Assembly (NCBI RefSeq): GCF_000143415.4
Contig: NW_003314535.1
Span: 1 to 14,987 of the forward strand
Reading direction: 5' to 3'
Length of the DNA: 14,987 bases
From: Selaginella moellendorffii
Lineage: Eukaryota; Plantae; Lycopodiophyta
Shown here: piece after piece, positions 1 through 13,366 of the stretch
Position numbering within the stretch: the stretch's first letter is position 1
How the letters are laid out: each line of letters begins with the position of its first letter
Translations under genes and position numbers: made by a program
The notes under the pieces: generated by a model
What the model was told of the DNA's origin: nothing
Seen by the model: only the letters and a program-made list of their open reading frames with translations
Database searches by the model: none

Positions 1-2
1 AG

Positions 3-32
<30 letters not shown>
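3..32 (+). repeat. Poly(A) homopolymer (A30) followed by a GA-rich tract
   Basis: 30 consecutive A at 3-32, then gaagaaagaaaagg. It sits at the window edge, so its origin (simple repeat or retroelement tail) cannot be determined. Confidence 0.9.
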
Positions 33-34
<2 letters not shown>

Positions 35-102
35 AGAAAGAAAAGGATGCCAGAGGAGCTGGTGATAATAAGCCGGCACCTCATGCATGCCTTTGCGCAT
101 GA

Positions 103-1580
<1,478 letters not shown>

Positions 1581-1614
1581 GAGCGATGGACCAAAGATCA
1601 TCTTGTCTCACAAG

Positions 1615-1664
1615 GTAAGCTTTTCTTTCTTTTCTTCAGTTGCTTGAAAGCTTTGTCTTTGTAG
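1615..1664 (+). other. Putative first 3'-UTR intron of THIC (50 nt)
   Basis: Strong donor AAG|GTAAGC at 1615, T-rich body and acceptor TTGTCTTTGTAG| ending at 1664, just after the stop. Plant THIC genes are known to carry a constitutive intron just after the stop codon. Confidence 0.65.
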
Positions 1665-1729
1665 GTGATCTCGCCAAGGAAAGGAGCGACAGGATTTGGA
1701 TCTGGAGAAGATGACAATCAAGTTTGAAG

Positions 1730-1954
1730 GTAGAGTTTGGTTTGGTTTGTAAGGAATAAGTGGAGGTGCTCTCGCTTGTGTAGCTAGATTTCTCTTTCGT
1801 TTTTGCTCTATAAGTTTGAAGGTTCTATTTTGCAATGCTGACAGTGGTAGCACCAGGGGTGCTTGTCCGTCTCAGGGACAGGCTGAGAGAGTCCCTTTGC
1901 ACCTGAACAGGTTAATACCTGCGTAGGGAGTGTGCTGCTTGTGCTGTTTTGCAG
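1730..1954 (+). other. Putative second (riboswitch-containing) 3'-UTR intron of THIC
   Basis: Canonical acceptor GTTTTGCAG| ends at 1954, 18 nt after the aptamer. Candidate donors are AAG|GTAGAG (1730), GAG|GTGCTC (1766) and AAG|GTTCTA (1822). The donor actually used is uncertain. Confidence 0.5.
1849..1936 (+). promoter_or_regulatory. TPP riboswitch aptamer (THI element) in THIC 3' UTR
   Basis: Sequence AGCACCAGGGGTGCTTGTCC-gtctcag-GGACAGGCTGAGAGAGTCCCTTTGCACCTGAACAGGTTAATACCTGCGTAGGGAGTGTGCT. P1 is AGCAC(1849-53)/GTGCT(1932-36); P2 is AGGGG/CCCTT; P3 is GCTTGTCC(1861-68)/GGACAGGC(1876-83); the invariant UGAGA is at 1884-88; P4 is CCT/AGG; P5 is CAGGT-TAAT-ACCTG; GCG junction and GGGA are present. 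Its position downstream of THIC matches known plant TPP riboswitches. Confidence 0.97.
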
Positions 1955-2020
1955 GTGTAGATCATGTGCGCGAGGATCAAAGATTTGTTCCAAGCAAGAA
2001 TCAATCAATGATCACTTCAA

Positions 2021-2345
2021 CTAGAAAGAATCTATCATATTATGCCTTTTTTTAATTCTATTATCTTGATTTGGTGCCTAACAATCCTCCCCTTATCAGA
2101 GAATGATCATTTGCAATCATATTTAGGCTACACTATAGGGTTTACCAAACCTCTTTTTAGATCCACCATGTTAAATATTTCCTTCAGAATATTTTTGCCC
2201 CACTCATTTGCCACTAAAATCAAACTAAGCTCTAATACCAATTTTAGGATTCTATCCTTTACACACTAAATCAACTAACTAAAAGGGTAATTACTTAATT
2301 GTAATGCTTTTTTTTTATCCTATTATCCTGACTTAATGCCTAACA
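2021..2345 (-). mobile_element. Degenerate TRIM-like non-autonomous miniature LTR retroelement
   Basis: On the minus strand, a 5' LTR of about 104 bp (2345 to 2242) starts TGTTAGG and ends CCTAAAA (6/7 inverted repeat). A PBS TGGTATTAGAGC (2240 to 2229) matches the tRNA-iMet PBS TGGTATCAGAGC at 11/12. About 134 nt of non-coding interior follow, then PPT AAGGGGAGGAT (2094 to 2084) and a second LTR starting TGTTAGGCA at 2083. The first 40 nt or so of the LTRs align. The second LTR is truncated near 2020 and no TSD is visible. Confidence 0.72.
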
Positions 2346-2382
2346 CTTTGGCCCCCATGACTTTGTTGTTAGTGTCATGTAG

Positions 2383-3090
2383 TCACTTCATGGACTTGTT
2401 TATCCTTGCCCTCTTGAATTCCATTGCTCCACGTTGCATTATACTCTCTCCAATCACTTCTCTGGACTTCGGACGAATAGAGAAATTCATGGTCATGGGC
2501 TGGGGAGCTATAATTGGTGGAATTCTTCTCTTTTTTGGAGATGGCAGTGACCCTGAATTTTCTTCCACAACCGCTATTGCTGGTTGCTTTTTCGATGGAG
2601 AAGAAACTTTATCAATTGTTTCATCATGGACGACCTTGCTTTGAGAAATCCCTGTGTCAAAAATCACATAGCTCCACTTCTCAATCAACCCCTTAGTTAG
2701 CACTATATTCTCATGTGTTTCTTCTTTGTGCTCTAAAAAATATTTTACTAACATTCCCAACCCGCTCCACGCCAACTGCTTCTTTCTCGTCTCATCATCC
2801 AAATCAATTAGCATCTTCTCAAGCAAGATTGTGAAGATTGTGCTGCGAATCATGGCATGGGGCAATGACCCATCTGGAAGCGGCTTGAGCCAAGCAGCAA
2901 GAAGCATCAATACACCCTTATCAAACAAGTGGGCATGGTAGAATCGCTTCTCAGCCACTCCAACGAAAAATTCGAGCATTTTCAGCTTGCTGGTGGCCGG
3001 CTTGGATTGTCTGTTAAGCTCCATGTCCTCCTCAGCAGCATTAGCCAGCTTGGTAATCACTTGCTCTACGAACTTCGCCACCTTCGCCAT
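2383..3090 (-). CDS. IWS1/SPN1-like protein (TFIIS N-terminal/LW domain); intronless, divergent, C-terminus shortened, possibly an incipient pseudogene
   Basis: 235-aa ORF with IWS1-type motifs KPAxxKLKML, GVLxLLxxWLKPLPDGSLP..IR, SGLG....EET.EN..L...LIEKWS..IF and a downstream MNFSIRPKS. Its TGA aligns with CGA (Arg) in the paralogue at about 12.1 kb, so the stop is probably premature. Confidence 0.75.
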   Translation of the reverse strand: MAKVAKFVEQVITKLANAAEEDMELNRQSKPATSKLKMLEFFVGVAEKRFYHAHLFDKGVLMLLAAWLKPLPDGSLPHAMIRSTIFTILLEKMLIDLDDETRKKQLAWSGLGMLVKYFLEHKEETHENIVLTKGLIEKWSYVIFDTGISQSKVVHDETIDKVSSPSKKQPAIAVVEENSGSLPSPKKRRIPPIIAPQPMTMNFSIRPKSREVIGESIMQRGAMEFKRARINKSMK

Positions 3091-3120
3091 GGCTTCGAGC
3101 TAAACTTGGGTCTGAAACCC

Positions 3121-3128
3121 TTTATATA
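3121..3128 (-). promoter_or_regulatory. Possible TATA box for the IWS1-like gene
   Basis: TATATAAA on the minus strand about 30 nt upstream of the ATG. TATATAA is conserved upstream of the paralogue (about 12861-12867). Confidence 0.3.
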
Positions 3129-3217
3129 CAATTCTAGCTGGGTTCTTTTATCTAGGAAAAAATGTGAGCAAACAAAAAAAAGTGAGGAAAAAAATAAAAA
3201 ATGTTAACGTCAATAAG

Positions 3218-3839
3218 GCCCCCCGGATTGCCGGCGATGTTCTCCCGCCACTAGGTATGGCCCCAGTGAGGTGGTTGTGGGAGACGTTCAAGTAGTTCAG
3301 GTTCTTGAGCGCCAGGATGGTGGGATTTTCCCAGTGATGCGGTTGGAGCTGAGGATCACCACTGCAACGAGGTCATTTCGTCTTGGATCATTGGGATCTT
3401 GGAGAACCAGCTCGGGATGGCTCCTGTGAGTTGCGACGAGGTCGATCCGGAAAAGAAGTTCCCTCCCAGGTCGCGAACTTCCAGCTGACGCAGCTTAACC
3501 AAAGGCAGGACCCTCCACGCCATTATCGTGGACGCTGAGAGTCTGGAGCTGAGAGAGGCTTCCCAGTTCTGGAGACAGCGTACCTCTTAATCCCATAGAC
3601 TCCAGCTTGAGCTCGCTCACACGGCTGCTAGCTCCGTCGCATTTGACACCAGGCCAGGCACAGCAGCTGGACTGCTGAGTCCACTTGTTAAGCAGGTTAC
3701 TCCGATCCACGTCCGCACTTTTGAAAGCCAGTAATGCCTTCTCGTCTTTGCTGTTGCAGGATGCCGCAGTGGTGCCGTGAACAAGGAGCGAAACGAGTAA
3801 AACAACGAGAAGTGTTTGAGACATTGCAAGGGAACCCAC
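3218..3839 (-). pseudogene. Internally deleted extracellular LRR-protein pseudogene (remnant A)
   Basis: Has a signal peptide (MSQTLLVVLLVSLLVHGTTA, ATG at 3824), an LRRNT cap (C...DEKALLAFK...W....CCAWPGVKCD...RV..L.L), the first LRR, and then a frameshift and stop. Collapsed pieces of the terminal LRRs and the NPG C-cap follow at 3218-3440. Confidence 0.9.
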
Positions 3840-4092
3840 AAGCCAATGATGATATGAGGTAATCTAAGAGGCTCACTCTCTATTTACGTTAATAGGAGAG
3901 AACGCGCACTATGAGGGACGAAAGAGCTTCAAAGGTACTTATACTAAGAAGTCCTGCTGCATATCTTCAAAGATAGCATTCTATTTTCTTGTTCTCGTTT
4001 TGTTCCAGCATTGAGAGTGGCACTGTTCAACTGGTGGCCAGGAGGTTAACTTCTAGTTCCAAGTTCAATGGTTCTTACACACTCTCCAGGTG

Positions 4093-4197
4093 ATAACTTT
4101 ACAACTAGCATGTTCATGCTAGGGAATTTTTTTTTATACAACTCCTGATAGGGACCGAATCTTGTGGAGCTCCATGATAGCTTCATATGCAAGAGCC
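4093..4197 (+). pseudogene. Short PLS-class PPR relic
   Basis: One frame reads ITLQLACSC*GIFFYTTPDRDRILWSSMIASYARA. This resembles the PPR L-motif core (ITF..L.ACS..G) followed by F..MP.RD.V.W..MI..YA. Confidence 0.55.
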
Positions 4198-4274
4198 ACA
4201 GGCAGCAAGGCAACGAAATGCAGGCCGTCGATTCTCAAAACTCTTCGTGCTTTGCATCCATCGTGGCGCCATCT

Positions 4275-4536
4275 TCATGACAGAGCTAGGGTTTTTGGGG
4301 AGCACCGGGGCAGGGGCTTGCCACAGAGCCCCGGATTGGCGGCAAAGTTCTCCGGATCCATGTCGATGAGCGGCTCTGTGCTAGGTATGGCGCCAGTGAG
4401 CTGGTTGTGGGCGACATTCAAGTAGTTCAGTTTCTTGACCGTTAGGAATTCCACTGGAATCTTGCCGGTCAGGCGGTTCCTGGCAAGGTCGAGCCTCTGC
4501 AAGCTCGTGAGATTGTGAGATTGGCGAGGCTGGGAC
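4275..4536 (-). pseudogene. 3' part of long secreted LRR-protein gene (copy B), downstream of the copia insertion
   Basis: Reads NLTSLQRLDLARNRLTGKIPVEF..LNYLNVAHNQLTGAIP...FAANPGLCGKPLPRC, then stops with no transmembrane segment. An 8-nt tandem duplication GTGAGATT (4507-4522) shifts the frame. Confidence 0.9.
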
Positions 4537-4691
4537 TGTGGAGACAAGTGATGACAAGTCTCCATGTCAGCAAAGGAGACAAGTCATTCATCCAAGACAC
4601 CCCAAGCATCACACCCATACTGTTATATACATAACCATACCAAAGCAATGAAGTCGACAGAGCATTCCACACACAAAATCACACATCTACA
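4537..4691 (+). repeat. 5' LTR of copia element (155 bp)
   Basis: TGTGGAGAC...CACATCTACA; direct repeat of 9141-9300 with 8 substitutions and one 5-nt indel by manual alignment. Confidence 0.96.
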
Positions 4692-4965
4692 TGGTATTGG
4701 GTTTGTTTTGATCCTAATGGCGAAACATTGGCAAACACAGCAATGCGATGAGCAGGACTGCACTAGGGCTCTCGCAATCCTTGCTAGGGTGGAACAGCAG
4801 ATTCAAGAATGCAAGCGAGCGCAACGTGATGTCCATCCGTGCCTTTGCCCTAATTGTCACTCTGTATGCATGGCATGTGGGTGTCCCTTCCAGTGATTCC
4901 CACCACCTCCTCCCCCTCCTCACTTCTAGCTTACTCTGTTGTTTTGTCTTTTCTTCTAGAAATTA

Positions 4966-7900
4966 ATGGCTACTAGTACTCCATCTTGCATTACATTTAG
5001 AACCACCCTAGCGAGCACCATGGCCACCCCGGCTGGCAATTGGGATGTAGGATGGGAGAAGCTACTTTAGAAGTTCATGGGTGAGAACTTCACGACTTGG
5101 AAGACCAAAGTCTAATTAATTTTAATGGCAAAGGATTTGGTGGAGGGAACTGAAATGAGACCTCAAGATACAGAAGCCGCCTTGTAGGCTACTTAAGACT
5201 CCAAAAACCACAAAGCACTTTCCGTGATTGGACTGGGTCTTAGAGACAAATTTATTCATCTCCTTCATCTAGAAAAATCCACCAAGGCCAATTAAAACTT
5301 CCTTTCCCAAAGTCTTTGCAACCAAAGACACTAATGCTAAATTGGTTTTGACCCATAAATTTTTCTCCCTACGCATGTAGCCTGGTGAGACAATGCCAAC
5401 ATACATTGGAAGCTCAAGGGCTTAACATAGCAGTTGAAGGAAGTAGGTGTTATAGTTTCTGATGACTATGCAAAAGGCTTCCTACTCTACTCTATATCCC
5501 TAGAGTTGCAACAATCTTCCTCCATGCTCTCTTTTGTCTTAGGCAAAACCATGGAGGAGCTCTACTTTGATCTGCTCGAGGAAGAGTGCAAAATTGTTGA
5601 GCATCAAGCTGGCCATCAAGGATCCCCTTAGACTGCTCGCAAGTAGGCCTTGTTTCTTGGTAAGAAACAATCGAGTGGGGAGAAGAGGAAAGGAGGCATT
5701 AGTTGTGGGCTTCATATCTCTTCTACTACAACTCCCAGCTTTGGATCTAACTTCTCCAAGAAGAAAAAAGGGTCCTTGCAACTATTGTGGAAAGATGGGG
5801 CATGTCGAGCATGAGTATTGTGCAAAAAAGGCTGCCACCTAACACATGCTTACCGAGAGCAACTCATTATTGATGATGGATCTTTACCCATCACCAGTGT
5901 CTACTCTTGAGGTTCTATGGCTGGATAGTGGTGCCTCCTTTCACATGAATCCCTTAAGGTCTGCATTTCACACTTAGAAGGCTTTTCAAGCTCCACAATA
6001 GGTTTATGTTGGCAACAAGCGACCACTCCAGGTGGAACGTCGTGGCATGGTGGTGATTAAGCTACCCAATGGACCTCTTAAGGAGGTTCATCACATGCAC
6101 TGTACCTGAAGTAGGGTAGACAATTCTTTTTATAGATGCAGCCTCAAATCAAGGATTTACTACCACCTTCTTCCCAAAAGGGTGCACCATCTATGGTCGT
6201 GATGGTGCTCCTGTAGCTAGTGGCGTGAGTTATGAAACACTCTATTGTTTAAACGCAAAATTGGTTTTTCTAGCTCAAGTGCTTGCTTTCCGAGCACAAG
6301 ACACCATTGAGCTCTAGCATACTCATCTAGGGCATGTCAATGAACAAGATTTGCACACCTTAGCTCGTAACCAGCATGCTAAAGGCATCACGCTCCCAAC
6401 TGGCTATCTGGGTGTGTATGAAACTTGCCATCTTAGGAAGCAAGTTTGCCTTCCTTTTCCATCAAGAACCATGGAGGACTAAGTTACAGGCTTACTCAAT
6501 TTGGTTCACAGTGACGTGTGTTACTTGCCCATGGAAACACTCAGCTGCAAGAGGTACTTTGTGTCTTTTATCGATGACCATTCCAGATACACTGTGGTGA
6601 GCCTTCTCCACGCCAAGAGCAAAGTGTTCAACCACTTTAAGCTTTTTAAGAGCTGAGTAAAGACGTTTACTGGCCAAAAGATTCAAGTGTTATGCATGGA
6701 TGGTGATGGAGAGTACATGAACAAAGAGTTTCTCAACTTTCTGGTTGAGGCTGGCATCGTTCACCAGTACACAACAGCCCATACCCCCCAACAGAACAGT
6801 GTGGCAAAGCACCTCAATCGCACTTTGCTAGAGACTATTTGTTGCCTTCTCCAGCATGCAAGCATACCCAACTTTTTTTGGGGTGAAGCAGTTAACATGG
6901 CTGTTTACATCTGTAACTGCCTTCCCACAAGGAGCACTAGTGTGGTTCCTTATCAAGCTTGGATTGGGAAGCGCCCACTTGAGGGTCTTCTGTTGCATAG
7001 CGTATGCTCACATTCCAAATGCGACTCGATAGAAGCTGGATCCTAGGAGCCAAAAGACCATCTTTGTGGGCTATCATGCTCATTCTAAGGCCTATTGTGT
7101 TTATAATTTTGCTCTCAAGAAGCTCGTGTTCAGCTGAGATGTCTCATTCAATGAGCAAGAGCTTTATCGCCACATTCAAGGTACTATTCCTTCAAGTTCT
7201 AACTTGGTGGACTTGACCCCAATGCTAGAAGACGAGCTCACCCACCCACTAGCACCAGTAGTCCAAAGGCTGCTCATTCCAGGAGGAGGAACACCTTCTC
7301 CACTTGGTGGTGGCATGCCTTCTCCACCAACTCCACGGCTATTAGTTCCTCTAGTCACTTTGGTGGTTACTAGCAGCAACACTGCTTCATCCAGTGAGCA
7401 GAATCTTGCTGCTACTATGGACAAGCTGTTCGTTGGTGAAGAAACAGTTAGAGGATCTTCCTGTTCACCTCCTTCAGATCCTCTCATGACACTGCCACCT
7501 CGTCAAAAGATTGGAGCTGTTACCTGTTCAGGACGTGTGAGCAAGCCAACGATCAGAGCTCTTGAATCTCTTGCTCAAGCTCCACGTAAGAAGGGATTCT
7601 ACTGGGCCATGAGCTCCATTGCTGAACCTCATGGCTACCAGGCTGCTCTCTCTAGTCCTGCACAATGGCAAGCAGCCATACAGGATGAGTATAACTCACT
7701 GATCAAGAATAGAACTTGGTCAGGCAGTCACAGCCAAGTGGCTGTTCAAGAAGAAATATTGAGCTGATGGCAGCATCGAGTGCTACAAGGCATGCTTTAT
7801 AGCTCATGGTTTCTCTCAGATCCCGGGAATTGATTACTCTGAAACTTATAGCCCTATTGTAAACCTAATAGCAATTCGTATTTTGATGAGCCTTGTAGCT

Positions 7901-9155
7901 GAGCTCAACCTGGAGCTCCATCAACTTGATGTGAGAACTACTTTCCTGAACGGTGATCTTGAGGAGGAGGTGTACTTTGCTCAGCCTCCTAGGTTTATAC
8001 GTCCTAGACAAGAGCATCTTATCTGCCACTTGCACAAGGCTCTAAAAAAAGCCCTAGGTCATGGTACACTAAAATTAACAGCTTTCTAACCTCATTAGGC
8101 TTTCCTCACAGCACAGCTGATAATAATCTCTACATATATTGAGATGATCAAGGATTTCTATTCTTAGCTTTATATGTGGACGATATAATATTAGCCTCCA
8201 ACCAAATGCAACTCATCCACTGCATCAAGGCCTCTCTCGCTGCTAAATTCGAGATGACCGATCTAGGAAACTTGCACTACTGTCGGGGAATTCAAGTCTG
8301 CTGGGATGGCAACGTGGAGTACTTGAGCTCTCCCAGGAGAAATACATCCATGACATTCTCTAGAGGTACTCTATGCTTAATGCTAACCCAGAGGATACTC
8401 TTATGGAAGCAGACTCAAAGTTGTTCAAGGCTTTTAGTTTGACATCAACCTCAGATGACACTCCCAAGGAAGAGACCACAACACTGTACTGTTCAGTGGT
8501 CAGGAGCCTCATCTACTTGATGGTCTCAATTAGGCCTAACCTTGCATTCAATGTGGGAGTAGTCTCAAAATTCCTGGACAATCCATCACCCTCACATTGG
8601 GCCGCTGTGAAGCAGATCATGAGGTATGTGAGTGGCACAAGGAAATTCACACTGAAATATGCAAGATGAAATGGAGACAACGGCCTAGTGGGATTCACAG
8701 ATGCAGACTAGGCAGGAGATCTAGATGACAGAAGATCTACCTCAGGGTATGTCTTCATGTATAACCATAAGGTGTTCTAGGAGGTAGTAGATCACTGTAA
8801 TGTCCTCATGTGAATCTGAATACATCGCAGCTGCAGCAGCAGTGAAAGAAGCCATCTGGCTTAAGACGTTGCTGCAAGACCTTAGGATTCAAATTCCAGC
8901 AGTCAAACTCTACTGCAACAATATGTAATAGCGTTGACTCGGGATGTGAGATTTCACTCATGCACCAAGCATATTGAGTTGAGGTTCCATTTCATCTGGG
9001 ATCAACTCAACAATCAACCTAAATTCTATCTAACCTGCTCAATGGTTGTTGATATCTTGACGAAGTCCTTGCCTCGAGTGAAGCATGAACTCTTCCTCAA
9101 ATCACTTCATTTGACTGACGGTGCAAGCCTTGAAGAGGAGTGTGGAGACAAGTGA
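4966..9155 (+). pseudogene. Copia gag-pol polyprotein, fragmented by many stops and frameshifts
   Basis: gag: KFMGENFTTWK and zinc knuckle CNYCGKMGH (about 5776). Protease: WLDSGASFHM (5918). Integrase: HLGH, LVHSDVC, FIDDHSRY, DGDGEY, TPQQNSVA. RT: QLDVRTTFLNG and LYVDDII. RNase H: DAD*AGDLDDRRSTSG, SEYIA, KHIELRFHFI, DILTKSL. Confidence 0.93.
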
Positions 9156-9300
9156 TGACAAGTCTCCATGTTAGCAAAAGAGACAAATCATTCATCCAAG
9201 ACACCAACTGCCAAGCATCACACCCATACTGTTATGTACATAACCATACCAAAGCAACGAAGTCAACAAAGCATTCCACACGCAAAATCACACATCTACA
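9141..9300 (+). repeat. 3' LTR of copia element (160 bp)
   Basis: Preceded by a purine tract; direct repeat of 4537-4691. Confidence 0.96.
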
Positions 9301-11893
<2,593 letters not shown>

Positions 11894-12049
11894 TAGTTGA
11901 TCACTAAATATTGTACAATGTAAAACAGGAATGAATGAATGAATTTGCAATGTAAACCTTTTACATTCTCATAGTTTCAAGTGTATAAAATCTTAGCTCG
12001 ATCTGTCAAGCAAAGAACGTGTCTTACATTGCAAAGAACATCTCTTACA

Positions 12050-12806
12050 TTACGAGGACACCTCAGCCCCCATGACTCTGGGCCTTCTCTTGTTAGCATT
12101 GTGTAGTCGTTTCATGGACTTGTTTATCCTCGCCCTCTTGGATTCTATTGCTTCACGTTGCGTTATACTCTCTCTAATCACTTTTCCATCAAACTTAGAC
12201 TTTGGACGAATCGAGAAATTCATGGTCATGGGCTTGGGAGCAGTGGTTGGCGGAATTCTTCTCATTCTTTGGCTTCTCCTCGAGATCCAAATTTTCTTTT
12301 ACAATCGCTGTTGTTGGTTGTTTTTTTTTATGGAGAAGAAATCTCACCAATTGTTTCATTGTGGACAACTTTGCTTTGGCAAATCACTATGTCAAAGATC
12401 ACATGTCTTCATTTCTCAATCAGCCTTTTAGCCAACATTTTATTTTTATATGTCTATTCTTTGTGCTTTAAAAAATATCTTACCAACTTGCCCAACCAAC
12501 TCCACACTAATTACTTCTTTTTTCGTCTCATCATCCAAATCAATTTGCATTTTTTCAAGCAAGATTGTGCTACGAATCATGGCATGGGACAATGACCCAT
12601 CTGGAAGTGGCTTGAGCCAAGCGGTGAGAAGCATCAAAACATTCTTATCACACCTGGGCATGGTAGAATCGCTTCTCAACCACTCCAATGAGAAATTCAA
12701 GCATTTTCAGCTTGCTGGTGCCCGGCTTGGATTGCCTGTTTAGCTCCACAGCAGCATTGGCCAGCTTGATAATCAGTTGCTCTAAGAACTTTGCCACCTT
12801 CGACAT
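12050..12806 (-). pseudogene. IWS1/SPN1-like pseudogene, paralogue of 2383-3090
   Basis: Aligns end to end with 2346-3090 (MSKVAKFLEQ..., WLKPLPDGSL, MNFSIRPKS, RINKSMKRL...). It is broken by frameshifts near 12655, 12520 and 12300. Confidence 0.92.
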
Positions 12807-12968
12807 GGCTTCGAGCTAGACTTGGACGAAATTAATTTACAACTTCAGGGTCTGAAATCCTTATATACAATTCTAGCAAAACGGGACAAATGTAAAAGAA
12901 CGCATATTATCTGGGTTTTTTTTTTCAGGAGCATATTCAGAGCATGTAAAATGTTTTGAAAAGTAAAA

Positions 12969-13366
12969 GGCGCTTGCCGCAGTCCGCCGCTAGTTATGGC
13001 GCCAGTGAGGTCGTTGTGGGAGACGTTCAAGTAGTTCATGTTCTTGAGCGCCAGGAATTCCACTGGAATCTTGCCGGTCAAGGCGAGATTCAGCGTCTTC
13101 AAGCTCGTGAGATTGGCGAGGCTGGGAGGGATGGCGGCAGTGGAGCGCCGTGAGTTGGCCAAGCTCTGGTGGATTTTCCCAGTGATGCGGTTGGAGCTGA
13201 GGCTCAGCACTGCGATGCATTTCGTCTTGGATCATTGTTGGAGAACCAGCTCGGGATGGCTCCTGTGAGCTGCGACGAGATCGATCCGGACCCTCCCAAG
13301 TCGAGAACTTCCAGATGACGCAGCTTAACCAAAGGCAGGAGGTACGGGACCATCCACGCCATTATC
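12969..13366 (-). pseudogene. Internally deleted extracellular LRR-protein pseudogene (remnant C)
   Basis: Homologous to 3218-3527 and to both flanks of the copia insertion: LSLSSNRITGKI, IPPSLANLTSLKTLNL, LTGKIPVEFL, YLNVSHNDLTGAI. Confidence 0.9.

Larger units (their letters stand above)
4537..9300 (+). mobile_element. Full-length degenerate Ty1/copia LTR retrotransposon (4764 bp, short LTRs)
   Basis: Paired LTRs TG...CA at 4537-4691 and 9141-9300. PBS-like TGGTAT at 4692. PPT GAAGAGGAG at 9132-9140. TSD GGGAC (4532-4536) / GGGAG (9301-9305). Domain order gag-PR-IN-RT-RH is the copia order. Confidence 0.97.

Noticed and set aside
47-102. Possible PPR-like scrap (MPEE..., LMHAFAH) before THIC homology starts
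   Set aside because: It is too short and degenerate to support.
2242-2345. Cassandra-type 5S rRNA domain in the mini-element LTR
   Set aside because: No 5S A-box or C-box-like sequence is recognisable.
7204-7767. 187-aa Pro/Ser-rich ORF as a captured gene or env-like ORF
   Set aside because: It lies in the IN-RT linker of copia pol and runs into the EP..Y..AL...W..AIQDEYNSLIKNRTW start of RT.
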